Shown: positions 46,683 through 60,720, counted from the first letter of the stretch. The stretch is DNA of 64,000 nt from Amoebophrya sp. A120 (GCA_905178155.1 CAJINV010000005.1:42254-106253); one strand, 5' to 3'. Notes: generated from the sequence alone by a model not told the origin. Numbers and translations are program-made.

Positions 46683-49600
46683 TTACTCGAAGTGCAGCAC
46701 GTTCCTGTCTTCGCTACGTTTCAGCCATTTTGTGCAAAACACCGCGAGTCCCCAAAAGAGCCCCGCGAGAAACACAAACATCAGGTGCCAATAGGCTTTT
46801 GTCTCCCCACGGTTTCCGCGTCCTAATACATTGTGGCGCACCGGTTCGAACATGAAAATGGCCTCGGTATCACCAGGTTTGTCAACTGCGATCTCGATTT
46901 CTGACAAGACCTGCAGATCATGAGTGATACTTGACGCCCCATCTCCGCTGCTGGGAACAAAGTCGGTGTGCAGCACAAGGTTTGCGACCGGCACCACGTC
47001 CATACCCCGTTCGTCGTGCCGCTTCAAGTGAATAGTTGGAAAAGTGTCGAGAAAGAAGCAGGACAGAGCCCTGCGTTGCGTCGGTTCCTGTACGCTCTCG
47101 CTCGGGTTGTACCCCTTCTTTAAGTGCACGAGCACGTACTGGCAACGAAAGTCGTTCTTCGTTGCCCGCACTTCCCACAATCTCCGGCAGTGGTCCGCGC
47201 ACTTGGACAGGGGGTCTCGATTTGCTTCTTCCAGATCAAGCCAACGGGCGTCTTGATTAGCACCTTCGTTTTGTGCGGCGTTGTAATTCAACCGGATTCT
47301 CTGTAATTCACTGCGGAGCATGCCCACCACGTGCTTGCCGCTGTTTTTTTCAGATTGCTGTGACAAGAAGTTTGACGAAACAAATGCAGCAACCTCCTCT
47401 CGCACGTTCGCGACGACAGCGCCCGGAATCTTCTGCAAAGGCGGAAAATTCATGGCTGGGCCGTGAAAGTTCGATCCCCACATGGCGGAGTAGGTGGTTT
47501 GGTCGCAGTTTAGGTTCCAGACACAGTTCAGGCCGCGGAATACAGAGAGGCCTGCCCTTGCGGCGTTTGGTGTTTTGATGATGACTTTCTTCATCTTCGG
47601 TTGGACATTCTCCTCGCCGTATTCACGACCCAGGCCCCCGAGCGGAATAGTACTCGCTGAATCCAGGTAGCTCACATGGACCACTGGTGCAAAAGCTTCT
47701 TGGGTTTGAACAAGCCTCTGCTCGTTGGTTCTTCGTTGGAGGAACGCCGTCCTATCCCCTCCTACTTCTTGTCCTTTTTGGTCTACTATTGTAGTTCTAC
47801 TTGACGCCGTTTCGCTGGAATCAAAAGTCGCTTCAATCAGCGGGTAAGACCACGACCACAGCACTGGCAACGACAGCAGTCCGAAGACGAGCAAAAACTT
47901 CTTGTTTTTCCAAAAGGGTTCCCGGTACTGAGATCCCAGATTCAACAGCACGCAGCAAGAAATCAGCATCCATTGCATCCAAAACGCGTTGCTGCTGGAG
48001 TCGAAGTTGTGCGAGCGACTCAAGGTGTCCGCGGGACCGAGGAAGTCATCGCGGAAAACTTGGACCGGCGCGTAGAAGTGGTTTTGCAAAATTTCGCTGC
48101 CAAAGAGCCAACCCGTTGCTCGAGTGCAAGCGAAGTGAGAGACCAGGTAGAGAAGGAGTTGCGCAGTAACCCAGATCAGGAGAGTGACGAGAAAGTGACG
48201 GTGCAAAAACTTCGCGGAGGGATTGATCAAAGAAGTTCCTGTTCCTGGTTGTCGTTGCATTGCGACACCCCCGTGTACCGGCGGCTTCAACTGCGCAATC
48301 GCAAACGGGAGTCCGAGGAAGCCCAGCGCGTCCACCCAGAACCAGAATCCCATCGGCATGAAGGCGCCGACAAGCTGAACCAAGAATTTCGGGCCGAGAC
48401 ACCAACTTAGACCCACGATGTTAAAGAAGAGCACAATGGTGACACAGTTTTCTAGACAAGCGCGGCCCTCGATCACCAATTTCACTACTGAATTGTAGAC
48501 GGACGGATCGGTGGCGACAAAAGGCGCAACCGCGGACACATTTGTAGTGGTTGCTGTACTTTGTAGTGCTGCGCCTGCGGGGATTTTCGTCGTCTCGTTC
48601 CTGTCCGGTTCACCTTTGTTCTCTACTCGGCCGCTGGTACTATTGTTCGTCTCTGCAGCACCACCTCCTTGTTCTGTCTCGTCCTCATTCTCCGGGGCCG
48701 CCGGCGTGCACATCGCGACGCCAACGTGCGCCTGCCGCAGCGCTGCGCTGTCATTACCACCGTCGCCACACATAGCCACCACTTTCTTGCCGTTACTCTG
48801 AAGGTGCTCGACAATTCGCTTCTTTCCGTCCGGCTTGGTGCGACCGAAAATGCGGATTCTCGGTAATATAATGGCCTCAAAAGTAACGTTTTCGGTAGTT
48901 CTAGTTGTACCCGCAGGATGCAAAGCATCACTTTCGGTGACATCACATCTGCTTGTCTCGTCGTCCTCGAGTTCGGTTTCGGGACAACCACTACTCGTGA
49001 CAAGCACGTTGTACGCAGCTTCCGTGACCGCAAGCACGATTTTCTTCTCCATCTTTTCGGCCCCTACGTGCTCCCGGTCCTCCGACCGGCGCAGGAGCGA
49101 AATCATTTCTACCGTCGACAGTTTTTTTGTCCTCGTGGTCGGCGGGGGTGCAAGTGAAGATGCTGATGCAGGAGCGTCGTCGGAGGTTGTACCGCAGGCA
49201 ACTACATCCTCTTCCCACAGAACATGTTCTTGTTCGCCACGACCAGCAATGCCAGCCACAATGTCCCCGACGAACACCCGCTCCTCGTTGTCCTCGACAA
49301 ACCCGCACTTCCTGCCGACCGACACACCCGTCCAAACCGCATCTCCCGTTATGGATTGCAAATTAATATGTCTGGGTCTGGAAACTTGTGATGCTGGTTT
49401 TTTTTTTTTTCTAAACTCTCTGCGCACGGATTTGCAATTTTTTCTTTTCTTTTTCTTTTCATTTCGCTGCTTTCTTTTGATTTTTTTTTCCTTGATTTTT
49501 TTTTTTTTTTCTTTTGATTTTTTTCATCTTTTGACTTTCTTTTCTTTTGATTTTTTTTCTTATCCATCGCGCAAAAAGCGGTGGGCGTTTCACGAAGAAG

Positions 49601-52600
49601 AGCGCGGTTTTGTTCGGCGTTCCCGAGGCCTTAGGCCGTACCTTTTTGATAAGATCCGCAAGCTCCGACCGCATCCCGGTCCTCGCCCAACTCCGACCTT
49701 GTATCCTGCCATTGTATCCTGCTCGACCTTTGTATCCTGCTCGACTTTGGCTGCGGCCCGTAGAGAGTCCTCCGGCCAGTAGCAATTCATTCTTTCTCTT
49801 CACTATTGTCGGACAAACAGCGCACAACTTTCAGAATTTGCTAAGTCACAAGAAGCGAAGGAGACACACAGACTGATTTCTACTACCTACACGCTTAGAG
49901 ATTGATCTACTTACGGCCCCCTTGGCTATTTGTTCCCCGCCAGCCTCTGCTGGAAAAAAAAGAAGCGCACGCCTGTGAGATTTGAGAAATGGCACAGCTG
50001 GTGGGGGGGGACCACAGGAGTCACCCCCCCGCAAGCTGCGCAGGTGTTGAAGTATCTGCTGCTTATCTTCACATGCACTATCTTTATTCACGTCGAAGTG
50101 CTTCCTTTCAGAAATACGAAGCGCTTTGTTTCAAAAAAAAAAAAACGAAGTGCTTTCTTTCAAAAACGAAGTGCTTTTTTGTGTTGCGTAGCATTAGCAT
50201 AACTTAACTACACTTTTGGAACTTGTGATGCTACTTTTGGAACCTACATATAAATCAAGCATGCTCTTTTGGAACCTAACTTGTAATGCTAGCTCTCCAT
50301 ACCTAGGAAATCTGTATTTCATAGCCAACAAAAGTCGCAGCCTCTTTTGTACACGCAAAAACTTGTGATGCTGGTTTGTGCATGGTGGGCGCACTGCGTT
50401 ACGCAGCCACGCACGACAAGTTTCTGAGCTCCCATGTGTTTCGCTTCCCGCATGACAAACTGCGTTTTTGCACGACAGGTAAGAGGCTGCTTTCCTGCTC
50501 ATGCATGCCAGATGCAAGACTCATGCGGGACAAGCATGACAAACTTGCATTCTTCCAGGAGACCCAGACATTTTTACATTTGATACCCGTGATCATCACA
50601 CAATGCACGCCGTTTGCCTTCAACCAACGAATCGCCATCGGGGACTCCGGCTTCAGTTCGTTTCGGAAGAGAATGAGGCCGAGAAACTCCAGATCCTTTT
50701 CCGCCCGATCGCGTAGGGAAACGAAGGTCCGCGCCGCGGACGTTGTTGGCCGTCCCAAAGCACGAGAAGTAGAAGCGCTGCGAGGCAGGCGGATGAGGCT
50801 ACCGTCCCGGACGGTTTGATGATCTTCACTGTTGTAGTGCTGGGACGTAGTAGCAAAAACTCCAGTTTCGGGATACACGCTCGCAACACCACCGTTATTT
50901 ATTTCTCGTCGTAAGTTGAACTTTCTCGAGGAGGCTCCGTCTAGCTCTAGCAACTGCTGTCGGTGGTCCGCACGGTAATATCCAGCGTCAGTCATAGACT
51001 TGGCGCAGTATATTTGCGATATGGTGCTTTTGCTTGCGGAGGCTTTGACCTCCATGTCCGGGGTTGACGACGGGCTGCTAAGGGAAGGGACTGGGTCCGG
51101 TGTTGTGAGAAGCAGTTGATGAACGTTGTTTTCATCTACGGGATCGTGGAGAGCTTTTATGCGCCGACAAGAACGAGTACGACGATCAACCAATTCTTCT
51201 CCGAGATTCTCCGTGGAAGAATGAGCATCGTTTTCGACTTTCATCTGAGGCACCACTGTACGACGGTCAAAAACTTCCACTTCGAAGGTGGCTGCAGCGT
51301 CGTGAAGACCTGAACCTGTATCGAACGTGGTTTTCTCCGCTCCTCGTCCTCCGTTTCCGGTTTGGCCAGCATCTTCTGGAGTTGTGAATGAACCACGAAC
51401 TACTTTTTCGTCTTTCTTCTTCGCTGCGGCACGGAGCTCCTCCTGAGCCTCCCCCCGGCCCCGCTGCCCGTCCGAGTCCGACGCGGGAGCCCAGATTTTC
51501 CCCATGCCGGTCTCGTGCCAGTACGCGAGCTTTTTCTGTGCCGCCTCCACCAGTTTTTTCTTGTCCTCCTCCAAATCCGCTTCGCTCGCAACCGCGAAGT
51601 AATTTTCCTCCGCAACAGACGGCAAAGATTGCAGCACCGCACCAGCGAGCCGGGTTGCGGTTTCCGTGCCCCGTGTCACGACGGACTGCAAATCCCGAAG
51701 GTTTTTCACATCCTCGTCTTTATTTTCTTGCTCACAGTCGATATTTACTTCATCCGACACAGGTAGCTCTGCACCTTCAACAAGCGTGGGAAGAGGAGGT
51801 CGAGGCTCGAATATTCTCTTCATCTGAGGAGCATTATCCGTCGTCGTTTTCAGAGATTCCCAGTCCTTGATAAACCCAGCTTCATACTTGTTGACGTCAA
51901 GTAGTTCCAACGATTCGATTCTCTGCTGCAGGGCTTCGACCTCGGAATTGTTGCTCGCCAACTCGTCTTCGTCGTCGTCCACATCCGGATTTACTTCGAA
52001 GTGGTCGCGGAGCGTCGTCGTCGCGCCAAGCCCCGGGTAGTACTGCAGTTGGTCACCCGTGCTGCCACGCTGGAGAGGACGGCTCGTTGTTGTACTGCGG
52101 TGCCTGCGTTGAATGGTTTGTTCTGTTGAGACTTCTTTTGCTGTACGAGCGTTGTTTTGTTCATGTTGGTCCTGCTCCGCCACTTTCGCTTCGTCATCGT
52201 CTCGCTCGTCACTGCCACCCGTAGCCTCCGCTGTGCCGTCGATGGTGCCCTCCTCTGCAGCTCGGGGAGAAAGTAGAGCAACCTCGACGGCATCACAGTT
52301 TTGTATTGCAACACGCTTTACTTTGCTCTGACAGTCTTTTCGTCTTTTCCTTTTGTGGCTTGGCGACAGGAGAGCTTGCTGAGGCACCACGGCGGGCTCT
52401 GCACTTACTTCTACACGACCACGATCTTGCTCATAATTATTCCCACGCGATGCTAGTACCGCACCTGCCTCCGCTCCCATTGGGATCAACGTTCCCTGTG
52501 GCGCGCTCCCAGAGGCTGAAGAGAAACTCTTCTTCGCGATCGCGAGGGTGTAGAACCCCTGCTTTGAAAAAGCCCGCGCCTGCGCAGAAAGATCGGGCGG

Positions 52601-55600
52601 GAGAGTTTCCGGTTTGCAGGCGCGGCTGATCTTTTCAACGGAGCCCTTTGCGCAGACGAAGTACTCACTGATGTTGTGTAGTTGCTCTCCATCTCCGACG
52701 TGTAATCCGTGTGCGTTCTTAGTGACAGCGTCACCGTAATTCCAAACTTTTCTTCCGAAGACTGACTGCAACACGCGGCGCTGGTCGAATTCCCACCGTT
52801 TCAGTACTTGAATCTTTTTCTTCTTCTGCGGCATCTTCCCTTCTTGCGGAAGATGGTTTTCTTGTTCCTGCGAATCACAAGCCTCGGCTTTGCGCCGCTC
52901 CGGCGGCACAAACTCAAACAGTATCTTTTTCGAGCTGCTCGGTGGATTGTTGAAGATGTTATTTGCACTAGAAGAAATTTCGGCCCCCGCGTCAGGCAAG
53001 TTCCCGTCATTCGACCGCCCTTCCACAGCTCTCACCGTTTGCAATCCGGTGGCACGGACCCGGCTCGCGGCGGAAGGAACTGGAAAAAAATTCGTCGGAT
53101 CGCACAGGTCGAGATGGATCGCGGACGCGGACGCTGCGGATTTGCTATTTTCCACTGCAGCAAAATTCTTTGTTTCTTGCATGGCAACACGCTGGCGCAC
53201 CTCTTTTCCAGCGATAGGAAATAACGCTTGGTCATTGTTTACACCCGGCAGAAGTGTACTCGCGCTCGCGGGGGACGCCGAGGGAATAACGAAACCCGTA
53301 GCAACGTCATGCTGCAGCAGCATCGCCGTGCAGGCATCATCAAACTGCGTTGCCTCCGCGTGCTCCACAGTAACCTCGTTGCTTTTCCATCCGAGCGTCT
53401 TGACCAATTGCCGCTCTACCGGGTGCCCCACGGTTTTCCCATCGACCTTCTTTACGCAGTGACACACCGCCATAGCCTCCAACAGTTCCTCCGCGTTTTC
53501 TGAGGTTTGCAACCGCTTGTTGAATTCGTATGCAGATTCCGTATCTTTCAGAAGAACCAAACGCATGGCACTTCTCCCTTCGGTACTATCGATAAAAAGA
53601 CTCTCAGATCCCTTGTGTAAAAGATCACTGGAGTGAGCTGGTGCGCCGGCCAAAGCGAGTAGATGATCATGTTGCGCCGTCGTGCTGTTCTCCACTACCG
53701 GTGGTGCCCCCCTCATCCTCGTGGTCCACGTAGCAACGCCGTAGAATCGCATTTTTTCTTCAGTCACTGTGCCAGTCTTGTCGAACGCAAATATGTCGAT
53801 GTTCCCGGTGACTGGGATGCGGTGTTTGTCCATCACGAAGAGCTGCAGTTCCGTTTCCAACCGCTTTCCGCTCTCCAAGCACGCTGTGCTTAGCGCGATC
53901 GGCATGTACGGTGAAGCCAGCATCATCAGGGTGGTTAGCGCCTGAACGAGGATCACGTGGATTTCCGCGAGAGACGGATTGGTCAAGAACAACATGCACA
54001 TAGTGACCGGCGGGGCGACGAAGACCGCAGTGAAGGTGTGCCAAACCTTCAAGTGCGTATCAAAGTCATATCTTTTTGAGGGGTCGTTCGTCGCGGCCTT
54101 ACTGAACAGGTGGCGCACCGCGTCACCGCGGATCGTGCCAACGCCGATACCTGGAGCATTTAGTTATGGAGGAGTGCTGGGCCATTGCAATTAACACAGA
54201 AACGGAACAAAACTGCATTGATGTTGTTCTTCTATGCTAATTTTCACTTTAGCAGGGACCCCATTATTAGTAAAAACAAAAATGATGCAAGAAGAAATAA
54301 CCAAACAACAGCCATATTACCTGTGACAACTGCTAAACTGCCTGTTTCCGCGGCCAGCAACGTCGTGCCGGCATGCAGAACATGCCGCTCCGACTTTGGC
54401 TCCGGGTATTCTCCACGCTCTTCAAGACTCAAGTAGCTGACCTTCTGCAACGGTAGCGACTCTCCAGTCAAAGCAGCCTCGTTGACTAAAGCCCCCCCTC
54501 TAACAAGCACGCAGTCTGCTGGAATGATATTCGGCATACTGAAAGCGGACCCGCATGCTTCGCGTTCGTTAGTTGTATTCTTTGCGCCCTTCAAAGAAGA
54601 GGCAGTGCCAGCAGAATTGCCTTGATGTTGCGCAAGACTCGACAAATCCACAATGTCACCCGGAAGCAAGTCTTCCGCAGTAACTGCTTTGTAAATCGGA
54701 GGACCTGCAACTCCTGCGACCGGAAAAGCACTCGTCCGGACAGCGGACCCAGCGCCATCATTCACCAACTTCCGCACCAAATGCCCATTGCCACTTTCCA
54801 CGAATTGCAGCAGCTGCGCGTGCGAGTTTTTCGCTGTTCTGGCCTTCCAGACCGCGACCGCTGCGAAAAGAAATACGTAGGTCGCCGCAACTGGCCAGTT
54901 ATCAATGCTGAACAGCAGCAAGCAGATCAGCCACTGTACTGCGTAAATGACGTTGCCCTGGATCTCGGAGAGAAACGACTCGACGAAACTCAGCGCGGGA
55001 AATGGAATCTTGTTCTGCCCGTACAGGTTTCGAAGAGCGTTGTCAGCAGTCGTCCCAGCAGGAGCGTTCTGCGGACCATCTCCAGTGTCGGCTCTGGCGT
55101 GCTCGGTTTTGGAGAGAGAAGACGGCAACAGCTCTGTTTGCTCTTGTGCATGTGGAGGTGCAGCCATAATGGCTTGCAAAAACAGGTACGGATCTATCTT
55201 GGAACAAGCGACTACCGCAGGCGCACCACCCGCAGGGCTAACATCATCGTCTTCGGCCGCTTGCACTTCTTGCAGCGCTATGGCATCCAGAATCTTCTTC
55301 GCAGTGTCTTCACCCATGCTCGTCCTACTTCCCTTGAGCTTAGCCTCGAAATATGTCCTTGCACTCACACGTGTGTACTCCAGCCTGGGAATGACCGGCT
55401 CGAATTGAAAATTATGTTTGTCGGCTTGCTCGTTATCGGAAGTAGAATTCGTCGCCTTAAAAACATCGTCGTCGTCGCTACCACGCCTTGTTTGCTGTCT
55501 CAGTTCGTAGCAGACACAATCATACTCGAACCAACGCTTCGTCGCTGAACTCGGACCACGACCCTGGTGAAACTCGTGACAAGCACCGTCTGCATCGTCC

Positions 55601-56256
55601 CCGCGGCGGCCAGCTGCAAGACTAGGCTCAGAAAGCACTTGCGCTTGTTCTACTTGCACGACCGCGTACTCCGGCGGCCTGGTCCGACTTGCGACCCCAC
55701 CTGCACGCAAGCTTGAGCAGGGGAGGGACCAGCAGTGCTTTTCTGATTTATTTTTTTTTCTACCGTGTTTCATCTCAGAGTTGTACCCTTCGTCGTCCTC
55801 TCCTTGGTCGGAATAATTCTCGCTGTCCGCGCACTTTTTATCAAACCGCAGCCTGACCACGGTCGCGTCTCGCAAGTCTTCCGCAACTCCATACAACCGC
55901 ATCTGCAAATCAAACAGGTAGTGCAGCAGCACCGAGCCGAAACAGAGGAACCAGTAGACCAAAAAGGCGCATCCGCACCTCACATCCTCATGCTCCTCAC
56001 GCGGGAAGTCCCAAAGGAACAGCTCGTTCGCAACCCAGAGAGCGGCATCGGAAGTCTTGCTGAAGTAATGGACGAACAGGACACACAGCATCCCGAAGAG
56101 CATCCACGCTGTGCCGACATAGAGCAGGACGGAGAGAATCCTCGCCTGGGTGGTCCGTCGAAGGCCGTCGAGGTGGCACCAGGAAGTGGACGCGGTGATC
56201 GAGGTCTTGTTCTCGGCGGCCCGTTGCTTCATGATCCTCGCTGAAATTTCCTCCAT
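46683..56256 (-). CDS. P5-type (ATP13A-like) P-type ATPase, ~2720 aa, 3 exons
   Basis: Motifs IPADCVL, NEAALTGESLP, FDKTGT, CAKGS.E, LEFLGLILFRNELKP, MITGD, MCGDGGND. GT-AG intron 54151-54320 plus TIR element 49350-50585 leave 8163 nt in frame. Confidence 0.92.
49350..50585. mobile_element. Family A introner-like element expanded to 1236 bp by a nested insertion
   Basis: Family A TIRs; perfect TSD cccgt; removal restores MITGD. Outer parts are colinear (inverted) with 33234-33485. Confidence 0.93.
49382..50377 (-). mobile_element. Nested insertion bounded by a 19-bp direct repeat, with a poly(A)/A-rich end on the minus strand
   Basis: aaacttgtgatgctggttt at 49382-49400 and 50359-50377. A T-run and T-rich tract follow the left copy; short internal tandem repeats near 49695-49745 and 50095-50178. 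Confidence 0.7.
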
Positions 56257-57608
56257 CAATCACTTCCATGGGCTCTTCGCTTTTGCTTTACTCCATCAAT
56301 CACAATTATCTGGAGCCGCAGGTAGCACACAAGCAGCAACACGGCGAAGAGCGTTGTCGGTAACAGGAAAAATACTGACGGCGTCAGTAAATCGCTGCAA
56401 CTTAATTCGGCAGAAGTTCTTGGTGGACCCCCCGGAGGGACGTCCTGCGAGGGCCCTCGTGCGGCACTCATGTTTTCCTTTGCTAGCGGGATGCGCTAGC
56501 ACTGGCTTATTTCGCCGGGTCGATACAACTATATAGATACTTCGAACTTGATAATCGAAAGGTTCAAAAACGGCAGGAGGCTGATAGCAGAATCTCAAAT
56601 AATGTCAAAGCGGAAGTCGTAGGAGGTGCATGTAACGACAAATACTTAATTGGGTCGGGTTCTAAACGATTGCGCGAAAAAATCGCCCAAGCCCGTGTAT
56701 GTCCGTACGACGGGAGAAGAAGTTCAAAGTTCGTCACGAAAATTCAAATTTATTTGCGAGAAGCAAAGCTCATGAGCGAAGCATGCGGGGGTATGCAAAG
56801 TGGATGAAATGCATTATATTTGTTTTTCAATTGGGAAATCTTTTCCGGGCAAGGCCGGTCCCGGTCGCCGAAATGGGCGTTGCGTAGTCCAACCTGTAGA
56901 AATTTGATGACAAAAAAAATTTTGAAAGATAGACTGGATCTTCAATCTTTCCCAAAAACGGACTCAACAGTCACATGTCGTGCATCAGGAAGATACACAG
57001 AAGAGACCGTTCGCAAGAAAGAGAAACATGACTCACTTTTTTGTTCCAAGATCTCCTTCAATAGACTTGATTTCATATTCGTTTTCGATTTTTTCCCTGA
57101 GAGAAATTTCGCAAGTCGTGCATCTTCTGGATCAGAAACTCAAACTTCTGAGTGAACTCTTGTTGCAAGGGGACCTTTCTTGTGAGAAAGTGTCGAGGCA
57201 GATTCATTTGATCTTCGTGCGCGTGGCCCGATAGACATAGAATCGTCAAGATGCATGATCCTCTTCTTCTTCGTCACGAAGGACAAGAAAATGGCTGATG
57301 TAAAAATTACTCGCAGGAATGCGCCGATTGCACAGCACAGAACAGTATCTACTTTTACACCCGACCGCGCCATCCGTCGGTATCGGAGTCGCCGTAAGGT
57401 TAAAGTTTCTTGCCGTATCTTCGATAACATCAAACAAGTTTCCACTTTTCAATTGTACATGGTCAGACACAAGTCAAGTCCAAAGGTGGATCGTACATGG
57501 CCAGAAATTATGAGATACAGGTTGCCAAAACGAGGCTTGCTCAAGTGCTAAGCTAATGCTCCTTGATGCCAATGTCACTTTTTCTTTTCGAAAACTAATC
57601 CATGTCTA

Positions 57609-58629
57609 TCACCACCTTCTCTGTTGGATCACGATTTTGCTGTAGAGAAACCGCAACATCGCGTCTTGCTTATATTCGCTATCCACCATCACGTATCCAA
57701 GAAAAAAACTGTGTTAATGTAAGTCTTTTGGGAAAACAGCATCACAAGTTTGTCTGCCATGACGGAACAAACTTGTTATGCGCAGATACAAAGGGAAAAC
57801 ACATAGGAAGCGAGCCGGTCATGCATGTCGAGCATGACAAGTGTAACTGTTTGGCATTTTCTGCATCACAGATTTACACTTACACAGTTTTTTTCTTGGA
57901 TACCATGGCCGCGTTCGCCGGGAATTTGATATCCCCGTACCCACCCTCCTCGTCCTTCGCTATCGCTGCCGCCTCCCGCTCCATCTGCACTTCCCGTCTT
58001 GCCGCTTCCTTCAAATCATCGTCCTGTTTCTGCGCCCGCTGGATCTTCCAATCCTCGAAGCTGATTTTCTCCTTTGTTTCCACTGTTCTCGCAGCGATGA
58101 AAGCGTCGAACGGGTCGGAAACGTCGTCATTCACCCAGAATTTCGGGGCGGAAGAGAACGCTTTGGATGTTGGGGGAAGTGCGACGTCTCGCTGCTTGTT
58201 CAAATAGTTGATCACTGGTGGTTTTCTGAAGCGGGGCTCCTCTGATAAATCTTCATAATCTGCTTCATTAATGTCCACAACTCTCGTGGTTGGGAACTGG
58301 AGTTCGGCCTCCTTCCGCTTCTTTTCCTTCTCGGCTTCTATTCCCTGTTTTTCCGGAAGCTGGATTTCGTCGTCGTCGCCGAACAGAATTTTCTCGCCGG
58401 TGAGGAGGACTTCTTCTTTCGGAACATCGGTTATTCCGAGGTCCTCCAGTTTTTGCATATAAGCGTCCTGCTTTTTCTCTAACTTTTCGATCTGCTTGTC
58501 CGTGCCCTCGCCCGCGGTGAAAATCCGCTCCGGTTCGAATTCGGTGTTGAGCAGGTCCCGCATTTCCATCGTGGAGGTGCGGGAGAGGTCCCGGCTGGAG
58601 GTGCGGTGGACGGTGGTTGTGGCCGCCAT
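57609..58629 (-). CDS. Hypothetical charged / coiled-coil protein, ~268 aa, 2 exons
   Basis: ORF from ATG 58629 runs into the TIR at 57902. Removing element plus 5 nt continues it as VDSEYKQDAMLRFLYSKIVIQQRRW-stop. Confidence 0.65.
57694..57902. mobile_element. Introner-like TIR element, family E
   Basis: tatccaagaaaaaaactgtgt at both ends, inverted; degenerate TSD tcacg/ccatg; internal gcatcacaa and gcatgacaa motifs. Confidence 0.88.
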
Positions 58630-59097
58630 TATGTCGGCCGTGGTGCTGAAAGGAGTATACAAGAAGCAAACTGCACTATCACACCCTGGTCTGGGTTCGG
58701 AAACAAAAAGGAGAGGTGAGCGCAATCGAAACAATGTTACGAAATAGTTTGATAAAAAAAGACGTGAGACAGAACCTTACAGCTCCCCCTCCCCAGATCT
58801 GCTTGAATGACGACGCAAGAACGACATGCTGACGACTGAGAAACCTTGGCGGCCCGAACCCTGACGACCACGGCTAGAGAACTTTGACTTCACGAAAATT
58901 GTTACGTACTACAGGTACAGTGACAACTTCCAAGCCAAGCAGCGTGTGCAAAAAAAGTAGAAAAGCATGGTGTCACACACGAACGTAACAGAAGCACAAA
59001 CGTGAAACGGATTGTCCTGCGCAGTTGCACGACTGCTTTTTGCTTTGTTTTACTTCCTCGACTTTAATCTTCTTCCCTGCCGCGAAGGTATGATTAT

Positions 59098-60720
59098 TCA
59101 CTGTCGTGTCTGCAGTGCCAGTTTTGGTGCACCAGATTCTATGCCCTGCGCAACAGGCCAAACTGGCACTGCGGCCTGTTCCGAATGTCCACTAAGTATG
59201 TTGCGTGCTCGCTGGAGATCCGCATCCGAAACCCTTCCATCCCGTATAGGAATGTAGTAGGGTAACTGCGCTTCCCTCGTCTGCTGCGTTTTTTTCTTCC
59301 CCGGTTGGCATTCCGGCGTAAAGAGAGAAAGATCGGTTTTTCCAGAAGCGAGGTCCCCTTCAACTACGAGGCAGTGCTGAAACAACGGTCGCGGCAGAAT
59401 CCAGACACCTTGGAGAACAAGCTGCTCGTCACAATGCGAGTGCAGAACAACGACGAACTCCGGTGCGTTCGTTTCCGAGAACGGCACTTGCTCTTGGTAG
59501 GACCTGACACGGCGGCTGCCGCTCAAACGGGTTCTGCTTCTGCAACTTCTTAGTTTGACTAGCTTTACTCGATACCTCGCCGGCCCCCGATCGTAGCGAA
59601 GCCCGACGGTGCGGTGAAACAGCGGTTTTCCGAAAGCAAAGCAATCCCAGGTTTCGTTTCCAGAACTTGGGCTCTTGGAAAGTACTGGCAGGGCGCCAAT
59701 TTTGCTGTATACCTTTTCAAAAAGCTGCCCCAGCAGGGTTGCTCGTCGCTGTTGTCGCGGAGTCAGTGCAAGTGCAAATAGCCAATGAGATACGGGACGC
59801 GCGTGGTCTTCGGCAACGTCATTCCAAGCGCTGAGTAAGGCCTCGGCCAGCTCCGACACGGGTACGAACTTCTCTTCTGGAATCATCACGCTCGTGCGAT
59901 GGGATCTTGAACTTCTCCATGAAAGCTCGTCGCCCTGGTGGTCATCACCGGTGTCCGATTCCGTCGAAATTGTATGGTTTGCTTTCGCACATAAAGCGCT
60001 CTCAAGACCGAGAGTCGCTTTGAATGCGGTCGCCTTCGTTGGAAGAGAAACGAAGATGAGCCCGAGTCCGGGTAGGCGCGCGGTGCTCTCTGAAGCGAAG
60101 TCGAAACGAAAATACCTGGGCCCCCGATTCGTCTTGCGAACGAAAGCTTCCTGTCCAGCGAAACAAACTTTCAGGGGTAGCCAGCTATCCTTTTCCGGGC
60201 CGGGCGACCTACCGCGATACAGAAGAGATCCCCCAGTGTTGTGGGGTAATCTTACAAATTCGAGCTCGGGACGTTGCTTTTCAATTTCGTTCGTCAACCA
60301 CGTGTATCCACCCTCTGTCACTATGTATGTGCGCGGATTCCGTTTCCCGAGTCCTACACTCTCAGCGAGGGGCAGAGGCTGCTGCACGTGCAGGTTCAGG
60401 TCTTTCGAGTGTGATTTCGAGTTGACGCCGTCTTTCGACGATGCCCCAATTTGCTCTTTGTGGTCCTCTATCATGTTGGCGAAGCGTGCGCGTGCCGCAG
60501 CAGCTTGTTCCAAGACCAGCCTTTCGTTTTTTTGTTTGTCCAGTCTCCACCGTGCTCTGTATTTGTACGTACGGGATCCGCACGTCGAAAGCGTTCCGAA
60601 CGGACTGTGCTCATTCAGAACTGTTGACGCGTTCTGCCAGCCATTTGCGCTGCAAAGGACATTCAAAGCACCGCGCGCGTTCCTACCGACCGGAACGTAT
60701 GGCGGAGAACATGCCTTCAT
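59098..60720 (-). CDS. Hypothetical protein, tandem paralogue family (copy 1 of at least 3)
   Basis: 540-aa ORF sharing WLPLKVCFA, FRF, G.W..PR, CL.VEGD...G.TDL.LFTPEC.P and Q.PYYIP with 61164-62879. Confidence 0.8.
   Translation of the reverse strand: MKACSPPYVPVGRNARGALNVLCSANGWQNASTVLNEHSPFGTLSTCGSRTYKYRARWRLDKQKNERLVLEQAAAARARFANMIEDHKEQIGASSKDGVNSKSHSKDLNLHVQQPLPLAESVGLGKRNPRTYIVTEGGYTWLTNEIEKQRPELEFVRLPHNTGGSLLYRGRSPGPEKDSWLPLKVCFAGQEAFVRKTNRGPRYFRFDFASESTARLPGLGLIFVSLPTKATAFKATLGLESALCAKANHTISTESDTGDDHQGDELSWRSSRSHRTSVMIPEEKFVPVSELAEALLSAWNDVAEDHARPVSHWLFALALTPRQQRRATLLGQLFEKVYSKIGALPVLSKSPSSGNETWDCFAFGKPLFHRTVGLRYDRGPARYRVKLVKLRSCRSRTRLSGSRRVRSYQEQVPFSETNAPEFVVVLHSHCDEQLVLQGVWILPRPLFQHCLVVEGDLASGKTDLSLFTPECQPGKKKTQQTREAQLPYYIPIRDGRVSDADLQRARNILSGHSEQAAVPVWPVAQGIESGAPKLALQTRQ

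Noticed and set aside
49349-49827. Lys-rich minus-strand ORFs and the MRREFRKKKK start of ORF 46683-49427
   Set aside because: They lie inside the nested insertion or TIR; the ATPase exon resumes near 49349.
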